Made by a program: the position numbers and the translations under genes
The notes under the pieces: generated by a model
Told to the model about the DNA's origin: nothing
Database searches by the model: none
What the model saw: the letters and a program-made list of their open reading frames with translations, nothing else
From: a virus
Lineage: Duplodnaviria > Caudoviricetes
Direction: 5' to 3' (one strand)
Length of the DNA: 32,587 nt
IMG/VR virus record: IMGVR_UViG_3300038520_002558
Location: 1 to 32,587 of that record
Shown: one piece after another, positions 9,737 to 18,991 of the stretch
Layout of the letters: every line of letters starts with the position of its first letter
Position numbering within the stretch: the stretch's first letter is position 1

Positions 9737-11506
9737 ATGGCTATGGACATGACCACCGCGCTGACTATCAAGGCAAATGTTGTTGGTCAGAGTCAGATTG
9801 GCGGATTAGAGACAGGGCTCAAGAAGGTCACGGGTCAGACCAATAAGGCAACGACGGCAATGGGCCGATTGCGTGGTGCTGCTTCTGGCGCGCTAGGTGC
9901 TATGCGCAGTTTTTTGCCTGTTCTTGGCGTTGCAGGGATTGCAGCATTCGCGACGCGCAATTTGAACGCGGCTGACTCAATGTCTAAGTTGTCGCAGAGG
10001 ACTGGCATTGCGGCTCCAATGCTAGACAAATTTCGCAAGGTTGCTGAATTAAGCGACACAAGCATTGGTAGCCTTGAGCGTGCTTTCCCTGCACTGACAA
10101 AGAACATTGACGACGCTGCACAGAAAGGCAAGGGACCGGCTTTCGATGCATTCACACGCCTAGGTGTTGCGATTACTGACTCCAGTGGAAAAGTTCGTAG
10201 CGCTGATCAGGTGATGCTGGATATATCAGACCGTTTTGCCAAAATGGCTGACGGCACTGAAAAAGCAGCCCTTGCATCTGCTGTGTTTGGCACTCGTATT
10301 GGTTCCGAGCTAATCCCATTGCTAAATAGCGGAGGCGATGCTGTCAGGAACATGGGCACAGCATTGACTCAAGAGTTTGCAGACAAAGCGGCAGCCTTCA
10401 ACGATCGCTTAGAAAATATGCAAGAAAAGCTTGGCGATCTTGGGCTGCGACTAACTGAGGCTTTACTGCCTGCTTTAGAAGGGTTAGTTAGTGTTGTTGA
10501 GAAAGCGGCGACTGTATTCAATTCATTGCCTGGGCCACTTCAAACCATTGTCGGCACAATCGGTGGCATTAGTGCGGCATTGCTTGTTTTGAGCCCTGTT
10601 TTATCAGCCGTAACTGCCGCTTTTGGTGCGCTTGCTAGCTTAAAAATCGGTGCAACGATTGCAGGTTGGACGACGGTGATAGTTAAGATTGGCGCTTCGC
10701 TTGGGGGTTTGCTTAAGATCCTTGCGGCTGTATTCACCGGGCCTGTTGGCTGGGTTGCATTGCTTGTAGGGGCTGGCGTTGCTATTTACAATTTTAGAGA
10801 TGAAATTGGTGATGCTTTAGGCTCTGTAGGCGATTTTTTCAAAGACTCCTTTAGGTATATTGTAGACACTTTTGTTGATCCAGTCAGCGACACCATGTCG
10901 CGGCTTGTTGAAAGCTTCAGGTCAATCTTTGCAAATGTTGGACAATACATAAGAGCGCCTTTTGTGACTGCCTTCACCTTTGTCAGGCAAGTTGTGAACA
11001 ACATGCTTAAAGGTGTTGTTAAGGCTATTAACTCAGTCGTGAAAGCCGTCAACGTAGTAATCAGAGGCGCAAACAGCGCGCTTGCAAAGCTCGACTTGCC
11101 TCGTGTGCCTCTTGTCCCTGGAGTAACCCTGCCTGAATTTGCTGAGGGTGGTGTAGTCAATAGGCCAACTGTTGCGATGGTTGGCGAAGGCGGTGAGCCT
11201 GAATACATCATCCCATCTTCAAAGATGGCGCGTGCTTCTGCGAATTACCTAGGAGGCATGCGCGGCAAGTCGGTCATCCCTGCGTTTGCTGATGGTGGCG
11301 TGGTTGGCCCAGGCGCAAGCTCAGGTGGCATGGGCGGAGGGGCCGCTAACACTACTGTGCAAATAACCACAGGGCCTGTGTTGCAGCAAGATGGGCAAAA
11401 CTATGTGACCGTTGGAGATCTTGAACGAGCGTTGCAAGATTTCAGTTCTCAAGTTTTTCGAAATAGCAGAAGCTATGGCGGCAGGCGTTATCAGGGGGTT
11501 CTCTAA
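9737..11506 (+). CDS. Tape measure protein
   Basis: Ala/Gly/Leu-rich helical protein after the chaperone, with a C-terminal FAEGGVV..PT..VGEGGEPEYIIP motif. Confidence 0.9.
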   Translation: MAMDMTTALTIKANVVGQSQIGGLETGLKKVTGQTNKATTAMGRLRGAASGALGAMRSFLPVLGVAGIAAFATRNLNAADSMSKLSQRTGIAAPMLDKFRKVAELSDTSIGSLERAFPALTKNIDDAAQKGKGPAFDAFTRLGVAITDSSGKVRSADQVMLDISDRFAKMADGTEKAALASAVFGTRIGSELIPLLNSGGDAVRNMGTALTQEFADKAAAFNDRLENMQEKLGDLGLRLTEALLPALEGLVSVVEKAATVFNSLPGPLQTIVGTIGGISAALLVLSPVLSAVTAAFGALASLKIGATIAGWTTVIVKIGASLGGLLKILAAVFTGPVGWVALLVGAGVAIYNFRDEIGDALGSVGDFFKDSFRYIVDTFVDPVSDTMSRLVESFRSIFANVGQYIRAPFVTAFTFVRQVVNNMLKGVVKAINSVVKAVNVVIRGANSALAKLDLPRVPLVPGVTLPEFAEGGVVNRPTVAMVGEGGEPEYIIPSSKMARASANYLGGMRGKSVIPAFADGGVVGPGASSGGMGGGAANTTVQITTGPVLQQDGQNYVTVGDLERALQDFSSQVFRNSRSYGGRRYQGVL

Positions 11507-11967
11507 TGGGAAGGGCACAGGCACAGTATTTGCGCATCTACAGCGGCAGCACTACCTATGAGCGCTGGCAATCTTATTACGTCAACCAAGCCGTCACACT
11601 CAGCGGTTCTAGCTTTGAATATCTTCCATTTAATGCAGGCGGGATTGTTGAATCAGGTGCTAGCGGTGGCAAATTTGTGTCAATAAAAGTGCCAGCAACC
11701 AACAGCGTTGTTGAGGCATTTAATCTTGCGCTTAGTTATGGTCGGTTGTGTGAGCTCAAGATATATGAGTTCGACAGCAGGTTTGATCAGACAGCGCCTC
11801 AGTCTGGTCAAAATTTAATTGCTAGCTATACAGCAGAAGTCGTGAACGTCTCTGGGACGTTTACTAGGCTCAACATTGAACTTGGGTCTAGCTTGTCACC
11901 AGTGGGCGCGCAGGCACCTCCTCGTAAATTCACCAGCTACCTGATCGGAGCACCTTTGAGAACATGA
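11506..11967 (+). CDS. Minor tail protein (tail tip component)
   Basis: Coupled to the TMP stop, beta-rich. Position only. Confidence 0.55.
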   Translation: MGRAQAQYLRIYSGSTTYERWQSYYVNQAVTLSGSSFEYLPFNAGGIVESGASGGKFVSIKVPATNSVVEAFNLALSYGRLCELKIYEFDSRFDQTAPQSGQNLIASYTAEVVNVSGTFTRLNIELGSSLSPVGAQAPPRKFTSYLIGAPLRT

Positions 11968-14216
11968 GCCTTAACATCTCAGATCCGCTCTCATTGCTGC
12001 CTTATCAAAGCGGCTTAGCCGATCCCGTGTTGCTTGAAGCGGCAGCCGTAGCGGCTGAAGAGTTAACTGCACAACAGCAGGCTTACAAAATTGGCGATCC
12101 AGTGCCGATCGTTTTTTGTCGGCGTGTGAGCAATAACGGTGGTGTGATGGTTAGCCCTAAAGCAACTGAGGGCAGGTATGAGAACGACAGCACGACAAAT
12201 GAATTGACTGTTAGCTTGCATTTAGTGCTTAGCGAAGGACAGCTCCCAACTATTCCAGTAAAAGATGTTTTTGCTGGTCAGTGTCGGCAAGGCACTTGGA
12301 ACCAAAACTACAACCGTCGATCTGGGTTGTGGCAGCCTGGAAATTTTGTAACAACAGTGAGCGGCAAACAGCCTTGGTCTTGTCCTTTTTATTGCGGGAC
12401 TTCAGGGCGTTATGAAGACATGACCACTTTGAGCTATGTCAACACATTCCCAGACGGTAGTGAGCGCTGGGAACAACAAGTGCATGTTTTTGTGCGTGAA
12501 GGCATTCAAGTCACGCGGATTATTGACAGCACCTTAGGCCCAAGCAATAACGTCGTTGATTTAGCAATTTATTTGTTGAATCAATCAGCCAGGGTTCCGA
12601 GCACTATGATTGACAACACTCAAATGCTTGCTGGCGCAAATTTTTGCAACACAAATGGCTTGCTTTATAACGGTGTTTTCAAAGAAAGCTTAAATCTTGA
12701 CGAATGGCTGGAAAGTATTGGGAATGACTTTCTGCTTCGTTTGATTGAAACTGATGGCAAATTTGGCTTTCGGCCAAGGCTGCCAGTCAACACAAATCAT
12801 ACGATAAAAACAACAGTAATTGATTGGATGTTTACTTTTACTGAAGATCATCTTTTGCCTAATGGTTTTCAAATTGAATACATCGCTCTTGAGGATCGTT
12901 TGCCAGTTTGCTTGCAAATGATATGGCGACAGCAACTGGATTCTGACATCGGTTTTCCCAGGACAACTGAAGTTCGGTATACGGGTGAGGCTGCATCTGG
13001 TCCGTTTGTGCAACATGATTTGAGTCAGTATTGCACTAGCGAAACTCATGCTGTAAAGGTTGCTGCATATCGTTTAGCTCTGCGCAAATACGTCACCCAC
13101 ACATTGCGCATAAAAGTAAGGCCAAGCAGTTACAACAGCACGCTGACGCTTGGTGATGTGGTGCGCGTAAGATTGCGCCGTGAGACTGCGACTGTTGCCC
13201 TTAATTATCATGACTTTCTATACGAAATCAACCGTATTGAAAAAACAGCAAGCGGTGCTTGCGTTTTTGATTTAACGCACTTCCCTATCGATAGCCAAGG
13301 CAGAAGTTTACTGGCTCTAGATGTCGCTGGAGCCACTGCGGCAGGTTTTTCACTTTCAGTTGGGCGCAGTGATTTTACCTGCGATGAAAACTCTGCGTCT
13401 GACGAGACTAATTTAGGGACCGATGGGATCGACTATCCACCGACCGGTGGCAGTGGCGGTGGCGGTTTTGATCCGCCAACCCCAGGGGAAACAACTGTTG
13501 AATTGGATGAGCCAGCAGAGACAACCTGGCCTACTGGCGGTTCACCTCCAATAGGTCCAGACGTAACCGTGCCACCTGTTCCCGTTGGGCAAACACAGTC
13601 TTTTGGTTCACTTGATAATCCTGCTGATCCATTAGAGGAAAGCCTCGACGAAGACGGTGTCGGTGACATTTCTGGCGGCAGTGGCACGAACAATGCGCCA
13701 GTTGTCGGCGACACTTTGAGCGTCTCTGAGTCTGACCTCGGCTGCGATGGTCAGGTCGTTTGGATAAAAGTGGATAAAACGACTGGCGAGGAGACAATTC
13801 GCTCGACTCAAAACCAAGCAATCTCTGGGAATTACTCTTTGTCAATTACCAGTTCAGATGTTGACTATATTATCAAGGCAATAGGTCGTTGTAAGGATCC
13901 ATCAACGCCAAGCGGTTATGGAGAGCCCAGGACGCTTGGGACCACAGACGATGTTGAGTCAGGCATTACTGCGCAATTTTTGTTTGTTTATGACAGAGGC
14001 GATGGGGGTACTAATCAACATAATAGTTGCTTAACGCCAACTTTTTCCCTTAGATCTTTTTCGCCTCCCGATACCTTTGCTTACTACAATGTTACTCTTA
14101 CCCAATGTGATGGGACAACAGTTACACAGCCAACAATATTCAGAGGCGGTGACGGCGTAACTGCTCCACCAGTAGGATCACTTTTAAGCACTACATTTGT
14201 CGCGAATTGTCCATAG
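11964..14216 (+). CDS. Tail tip/central hub (gpJ/Tal-like) protein with Pro/Gly linker and C-terminal Ig-like domain
   Basis: GDPVPIVF motif near the N-terminus, LTLGDVVRV motif, position in the tail operon. Confidence 0.7.
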   Translation: MSLNISDPLSLLPYQSGLADPVLLEAAAVAAEELTAQQQAYKIGDPVPIVFCRRVSNNGGVMVSPKATEGRYENDSTTNELTVSLHLVLSEGQLPTIPVKDVFAGQCRQGTWNQNYNRRSGLWQPGNFVTTVSGKQPWSCPFYCGTSGRYEDMTTLSYVNTFPDGSERWEQQVHVFVREGIQVTRIIDSTLGPSNNVVDLAIYLLNQSARVPSTMIDNTQMLAGANFCNTNGLLYNGVFKESLNLDEWLESIGNDFLLRLIETDGKFGFRPRLPVNTNHTIKTTVIDWMFTFTEDHLLPNGFQIEYIALEDRLPVCLQMIWRQQLDSDIGFPRTTEVRYTGEAASGPFVQHDLSQYCTSETHAVKVAAYRLALRKYVTHTLRIKVRPSSYNSTLTLGDVVRVRLRRETATVALNYHDFLYEINRIEKTASGACVFDLTHFPIDSQGRSLLALDVAGATAAGFSLSVGRSDFTCDENSASDETNLGTDGIDYPPTGGSGGGGFDPPTPGETTVELDEPAETTWPTGGSPPIGPDVTVPPVPVGQTQSFGSLDNPADPLEESLDEDGVGDISGGSGTNNAPVVGDTLSVSESDLGCDGQVVWIKVDKTTGEETIRSTQNQAISGNYSLSITSSDVDYIIKAIGRCKDPSTPSGYGEPRTLGTTDDVESGITAQFLFVYDRGDGGTNQHNSCLTPTFSLRSFSPPDTFAYYNVTLTQCDGTTVTQPTIFRGGDGVTAPPVGSLLSTTFVANCP

Positions 14217-14218
14217 TA

Positions 14219-14587
14219 ATGGCAACTTTCCCAGCGCTACAACCTTCTACCCGTCTCTATACGCCGGGCATTAGCTCATCGACTCAGCTTGCTGTTCTCG
14301 ACGGCGATGAAACCAGCGTGCGTCACAGCAACTCATCTGTAGGGCATTTGTTGCGCATGACTTTTGCGAGGCTAAGCAGCAATGAGACTTTCGATCTCAT
14401 AAGCCACTATTCATTGCACGGGACTTTCGAGACTTTTGATTTAGGCACTACAACTCTGATTGCAACAAATCTGACATTTCCTGCAAACTATCTCTGGCGC
14501 TATTTGTCGCCGCCTGTGATTGATCAGTCTTTTGGCGTAACTAACGCTACAGTTGAATTGCAGCTTTTGCCTCCTTATTTGATATGA
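14219..14587 (+). CDS. Minor tail protein, gpM/Dit-like paralog 1
   Basis: MATFPALQPS..RHS..LRMTF..L..HY..G..F.L..WRY pattern shared with the next gene. Confidence 0.55.
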   Translation: MATFPALQPSTRLYTPGISSSTQLAVLDGDETSVRHSNSSVGHLLRMTFARLSSNETFDLISHYSLHGTFETFDLGTTTLIATNLTFPANYLWRYLSPPVIDQSFGVTNATVELQLLPPYLI

Positions 14588-15108
14588 CTGCTTTTCCTGA
14601 GTTACTTCCTTCTCGATTTCAGTATGATCTTGGAGGCTTGAATGTTAGCACTGAGCGGACTTTAGTTGGCGCACCAGTGCTGTTCCGCCATAGCCTAAGG
14701 CAAAGCAACTACAGACTAACGCTCACTTATGAAAATTTGCTTGAGTCAGAAGCTACGTTGATTCGCAACCATTACGTCAATTCTGCAGGCAGTCATGCAA
14801 CATTCACTTTGCCAATCGCTTTCTGGGGAGGCGCTGATGTGATCCCTGCAAGCTCTTTGCTGCGTTACGAATCGGAGCCGAGAGAGACACAGCGTGGCGT
14901 TTATACGGACATAACTGTTGATCTCGTAGTAGTGATTGGCAACTTTTTACGGTTCAGCCTGCTAGGCGAAACTGCAGAGGTCGGCTCAGAAGAGACTGTG
15001 ACTTCATATCCGATGTCTGGCACAGGTCCATTCATCCTTGAGGGTGGTGATGCTGATCTGTCTGTTGCGGCAACGCTTATCATTCAAGGAGGTGGCGCAG
15101 AATCATGA
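14584..15108 (+). CDS. Minor tail protein, gpM/Dit-like paralog 2
   Basis: MTAFPELLPS..RHS..LTLTY..L..HY..G..F.L..LRY pattern. Confidence 0.55.
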   Translation: MTAFPELLPSRFQYDLGGLNVSTERTLVGAPVLFRHSLRQSNYRLTLTYENLLESEATLIRNHYVNSAGSHATFTLPIAFWGGADVIPASSLLRYESEPRETQRGVYTDITVDLVVVIGNFLRFSLLGETAEVGSEETVTSYPMSGTGPFILEGGDADLSVAATLIIQGGGAES

Positions 15109-15497
15109 CCGCAACAACTATCCGCGTTCAGATTGCTCAGCGCAAAGACAGTGCCAGCAACTGGACTTCAGCAAATCCCATTTTGCTGTCTGGGGAATTT
15201 GGCTATGAGTCTGATACTAAAAAATTCAAGATTGGGGACGGGACTACTAGCTGGAACTCTTTGGCGTATTTATATGACGCAAAATTAGTCGCAGGCAATA
15301 CTGAAGCAGAGGTTGTCGACACAGGGACAGACGGGCATTTCAAAGTTACAACTGAAGGCACTGAGAGGATCAGGGTGGGACCGGCTGGGCAAATTGGAAT
15401 TGCTGGTGCTAACTATGGGTCTAGCGGCCAATTCCTAACAAGTGGCGGAGCTTCAGGTGCTGTTGCTTGGACTTCAACTGATGACGGAACCTACTGA
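15105..15497 (+). CDS. Short tail fibre/adaptor protein with Mtd-N-like N-terminal domain
   Basis: RVQIAQRKD...W...NPILLSGEFGYESDTKKFKIGDG.T.W..L.Y motif, C-terminal DDGTY. Confidence 0.7.
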   Translation: MTATTIRVQIAQRKDSASNWTSANPILLSGEFGYESDTKKFKIGDGTTSWNSLAYLYDAKLVAGNTEAEVVDTGTDGHFKVTTEGTERIRVGPAGQIGIAGANYGSSGQFLTSGGASGAVAWTSTDDGTY

Positions 15498-15544
15498 TCA
15501 CTAAAATGCAAGGGTTACTTCCGGCCTAGCGATAGGCGTTAAGG

Positions 15545-17632
15545 ATGCCCCTCCAGAATCTGCGCAGCTCAACAGCGAGCAAAAGGCCTGATGCTAGCTC
15601 GATGTCAGATGGGCAAATCGCGCTTAATACAGCAGCAGCTAGTGCCGGTCTCTTTTTCAAGGATTCCAACGGCGATTTAGTCAAAACCGGCCCAGTTCAC
15701 GTCGGCACGACCGCACCAAACTCAACCCCTGCTACTGGCGGCTCAACCGGCAATTCAAAGGGCGAAGCATGGCTTGATACGTCAAACAATAATTATGTGC
15801 TAAAAATTTTCGACGGATCGGCTTTTCGGTCTGTTGAAATTGCGCCAGGAAGTGCGCGTCAACTGCTGCAAACCAACACAGCTGGGACTGATGTTGAGTT
15901 TACAAGCAATGTTGATGTCCCTGGGACGCTGGATGTCACTGGTGTGGCAACGTTTGACGACAATGTAACGATTAGCGGTAACTTAACTGTAAACGGGACG
16001 ACAACAACAATCGATTCAGAAACGCTGGTCGTGGAGGATAAGAATATTGAGATGGGAGCTGTAACGACTCCCAGCGATACAACTGCTGACGGTGGTGGTA
16101 TTACTCTAAAAGGTGCAACAGACAAAACCCTGACGTGGGTCAACAGCACTAACTGCTGGACTTTTAATCAAGCTTTGAATTTGACAGCAGGCACGGAAAG
16201 TGCGCCTGCGCTTGTTTTTGATGCTGATGTAAATAGTGGTATTTATCACCCAGCTGCTGACGAGCTAGCAATCTCTACCGCAGGTAGTGAGAGAGTCCGG
16301 CTTTCCTCCAATGGAAATTTGGGTATCGGGAATAGCAATCCCCAAGACTACGATTCTACAGCAAATGATTTAGTTGTTGGAGAAGCTGGTCAAGGTGATC
16401 GTGGGATCACTATTGCTTCAGGCACTAGCCATCGCGGCACCGTTATGTTTGCTGATGGCACCAGTGGATTGGGTGAATACGCTGGCTATCTTCAATACAA
16501 CCATAACGGAGATTACCTAGCAATCGCTACCAATAACTCTGAAGCCATGCGCATCACGAGTACGTCTAGCGTTGGTATTGGCACGAGTTCTCCCTTAGCA
16601 AAATTGAATGTTTCTTCTGGGGATGTAACCTTTACCCCAAGCGCAGACGCTGATGAATTATTTCTTGAACATACAGATAACTGCGGTATGACGATCGGCT
16701 GCGGTCCTAATAAGACAGGCAATATTTACTTCGGAGAGCAGGGAGTAGGAACTAGCCGTGGCGCGATTGTATACAACACAAATGGCGATTCTATGGTCTT
16801 CAGCACTGCTGGGCTTACAAATGAAAAATTGTACATTACAAGTGCGGGTCGGCTAGGGATTGGGGTTGCTACTCCTCAAAGTATTCTTCATGTTGGTGCT
16901 GGAGGTGCAAACTCGGATAGCTATATTACCTTTGGCAAGAGAGTTACTTCTAGTCAATCAAACTTGCCAGTCATTGGTCATACTTCTGACGGTACAAATT
17001 CCGACCTTGGAATCTGTGCAACCAGTAGTGGCGGCGCTATCCGCTTCTTTACAGGAAACGACGCTAGCGGTTTTGGAGCTGGATCAAACGAGGAGCGAGC
17101 GCGAATTTTGTCTAATGGCAGGATATGCGTAAACCGCACAACATCTCAAAGCGGTGGACAGCTGTCTCTCGATTACACCAACGGAGTCACTGCTGGTCTT
17201 GCAATCAAAGATACACAGACAAGCGGAACTGGCATCGTCCTGCACGTTGTAAATGGATCAGGATCAATTATTGGCGGAATCTCACAGAACCAGTCATCCA
17301 CTTCTTTTAATACCTCTTCCGACTATCGACTAAAAGAAAACATTGTTGATCTTGACGGTGCTATTGATCGAGTCAAGCAACTTTTGCCAAAACGCTTTAA
17401 TTTTATTAATGATGCCGATACAACAGTTGATGGCTTCCTTGCCCATGAAGCACAAACCGTTGTACCTGAAGCAGTAACTGGAACACATAATCAAGTCGAT
17501 GATGAAGGCAATGCTGTGATGCAAGGCATTGACCAAGCCAAGCTTGTTCCATTGCTGACTGCTGCATTGCAAGAGGCAATCGCAAAAATCGAAACCCTAG
17601 AAACCAAAGTTGCAGCCCTTGAAGCGCAATAG
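15545..17632 (+). CDS. Tail fibre with C-terminal intramolecular chaperone (peptidase S74)
   Basis: Repeated ER.R...G..GIG..P units. SDYRLKENI...P.RFNF...GFLAHE.Q.VVPEAV motif and a terminal coiled coil. Confidence 0.9.
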   Translation: MPLQNLRSSTASKRPDASSMSDGQIALNTAAASAGLFFKDSNGDLVKTGPVHVGTTAPNSTPATGGSTGNSKGEAWLDTSNNNYVLKIFDGSAFRSVEIAPGSARQLLQTNTAGTDVEFTSNVDVPGTLDVTGVATFDDNVTISGNLTVNGTTTTIDSETLVVEDKNIEMGAVTTPSDTTADGGGITLKGATDKTLTWVNSTNCWTFNQALNLTAGTESAPALVFDADVNSGIYHPAADELAISTAGSERVRLSSNGNLGIGNSNPQDYDSTANDLVVGEAGQGDRGITIASGTSHRGTVMFADGTSGLGEYAGYLQYNHNGDYLAIATNNSEAMRITSTSSVGIGTSSPLAKLNVSSGDVTFTPSADADELFLEHTDNCGMTIGCGPNKTGNIYFGEQGVGTSRGAIVYNTNGDSMVFSTAGLTNEKLYITSAGRLGIGVATPQSILHVGAGGANSDSYITFGKRVTSSQSNLPVIGHTSDGTNSDLGICATSSGGAIRFFTGNDASGFGAGSNEERARILSNGRICVNRTTSQSGGQLSLDYTNGVTAGLAIKDTQTSGTGIVLHVVNGSGSIIGGISQNQSSTSFNTSSDYRLKENIVDLDGAIDRVKQLLPKRFNFINDADTTVDGFLAHEAQTVVPEAVTGTHNQVDDEGNAVMQGIDQAKLVPLLTAALQEAIAKIETLETKVAALEAQ

Positions 17633-17665
17633 GTAAACTTCAGCTGTGCCTTTTAGCTGGTTTTG

Positions 17666-17845
17666 ATGGAACGCCCTGACCCAATGATTCCGAGCAAGCC
17701 TGGCGCGGAGGATGTTGAGGCTATGGCGAATCGCCAAGCTTGGCTCAATGAGCTTTATGCTTTTGACCGTCGGGATAGCCCTGATCACCCAAAGCATGGG
17801 TTTTTTACTGGGCTAGCTGAGAAGTACCAGCAGTTCCGTGGGTGA
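17666..17845 (+). CDS. Hypothetical small protein
   Basis: ORF track. WL..LY..D.R..P.HP.HG..TGL pattern recalled from marine phages. Confidence 0.6.
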   Translation: MERPDPMIPSKPGAEDVEAMANRQAWLNELYAFDRRDSPDHPKHGFFTGLAEKYQQFRG

Positions 17846-17970
17846 TGGCTAAGTCTTTGAATGGGGAAAATTTTGTTCCTAGCAAACCAAAGCGCACAAA
17901 ACAGGGCAATGGAACACATTCAAAACCGTCCCATGGACGGAAGAAGTATCGTGGGCAGGGAAAACGTTAA
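17845..17970 (+). CDS. 41-aa basic peptide MAKSLNGENFVPSKPKRTKQGNGTHSKPSHGRKKYRGQGKR (below the ORF track cut-off)
   Basis: Translated by hand. TGATG overlap with the upstream gene. KKYRGQG ending recalled from small marine-phage proteins. Confidence 0.7.
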   Translation: MAKSLNGENFVPSKPKRTKQGNGTHSKPSHGRKKYRGQGKR

Positions 17971-17981
17971 CCCTCTTTCCA

Positions 17982-18374
17982 ATGCTCAAAACTCTTCTTG
18001 CGAGTGGTGTCGCCGTTTCAGCAGTTGTGCTGGGATCTCCTGCGATCGCCGGTCCTTATGTGAACGTCGAGAATAACGCTGGCTTTGCTGGCGGTGATGG
18101 TCTCGACATGGATTTTGTAGGATCAACTACAGATTTCCATGTGGGGATTGAAGGCGGTGGTGATAACACCTCCTGGTACATGCAAGCCGGACCTGCTTTG
18201 ATCAGCCCGCAGGGAGGCGAGGCCGATGTTGAGTTCTCCGGCAAGATTGGTGGCTCTGTGGTCGTGACTGCAGATGAAAAGCTGAGCCTTTACGGCGAAA
18301 TCAGTTTTATCACTGTTGACGACTTCGACGCTGCCAATGTCGGCACCAAGATTGGCGCCAAATACAACTTCTGA
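17982..18374 (+). CDS. Small outer-membrane beta-barrel protein
   Basis: Sec signal peptide (...SPAIA/G), alternating amphipathic strands, C-terminal GAKYNF beta-signal ending in Phe. Confidence 0.8.
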   Translation: MLKTLLASGVAVSAVVLGSPAIAGPYVNVENNAGFAGGDGLDMDFVGSTTDFHVGIEGGGDNTSWYMQAGPALISPQGGEADVEFSGKIGGSVVVTADEKLSLYGEISFITVDDFDAANVGTKIGAKYNF

Positions 18375-18405
18375 GCTAGTTTTAATTAAGACCTCACACG
18401 TCCCT

Positions 18406-18429
18406 GGCCCCTTTATCGGGGCCTTTTTT
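18406..18429 (+). terminator. Intrinsic terminator
   Basis: GGCCCC-TTTATC-GGGGCC followed by T6. Confidence 0.8.
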
Positions 18430-18431
18430 AT

Positions 18432-18662
18432 ATGCAAAAGATCTACAACCTACTTGCCGTCTTGGCATTCGTGATGTCCGGAACAATGGCTGTCGGTGGC
18501 GTGTTGTTTTACACACGAATCCCATCGCTGACTAAGCACTACATGAATGAGTTGCAGGGCGAGTTGACCAAGATGGTCACAGAGATGGTGAACGGTCAGA
18601 TCGACAAGGCTTTGCCAGAACTGCCTGAACAAACCGGCTTGCCAATCAAGCCGCCTTTTTAG
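18432..18662 (+). CDS. Small membrane protein (N-terminal TM helix, Pro-rich tail)
   Basis: Hydrophobic LLAVLAFVMSGTMAVGGVLFY segment. Confidence 0.7.
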   Translation: MQKIYNLLAVLAFVMSGTMAVGGVLFYTRIPSLTKHYMNELQGELTKMVTEMVNGQIDKALPELPEQTGLPIKPPF

Positions 18663-18991
18663 GCTTGCAAGTATCGGTCAAAAACCATTTTTGTGTTTTC
18701 GATTGCATCGTCGCTGTGAGCCTCAGGCTCGAAGCCTTCCGCGTTGAGTTTTGCCGTGTCAAGTTCTGGCGAGGGTGCTTCTGGTTTCTGCTCAAACGAA
18801 GCTAGCCATTCCCGCAGGGCTTGGCCTGTGGGTGTTGATTTAGGCCATCGGACAAATTTCAGCAATGCTGCTGGCTCAGTAAACAGCATTGATGTTCCGC
18901 CAGACTTGCAGACATAGACAAGCGGCGGACCTTCGCGGTGTTTTGTGGCTTCAATCCACAGCTGACCTGCTGTAAACCGATCTAATTTCAT
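18659..18991 (-). CDS. Hypothetical protein
   Basis: Fills the gap between two + genes exactly. Start taken at MKLDRF (alternative 18997). Confidence 0.6.
   Translation of the reverse strand: MKLDRFTAGQLWIEATKHREGPPLVYVCKSGGTSMLFTEPAALLKFVRWPKSTPTGQALREWLASFEQKPEAPSPELDTAKLNAEGFEPEAHSDDAIENTKMVFDRYLQA

Noticed and set aside
9835-11524. Several minus-strand ORFs within the tape measure gene
   Set aside because: Typical antisense shadows of Ala/Gly/Leu-rich coding sequence.
15105-17632. Diversity-generating retroelement suggested by the Mtd-N-like domain
   Set aside because: No reverse transcriptase ORF and no template/variable repeat pair was seen.
17861-18076. 71-aa ORF in the track
   Set aside because: It overlaps both the coupled 41-aa basic ORF and the beta-barrel gene, which are better supported.
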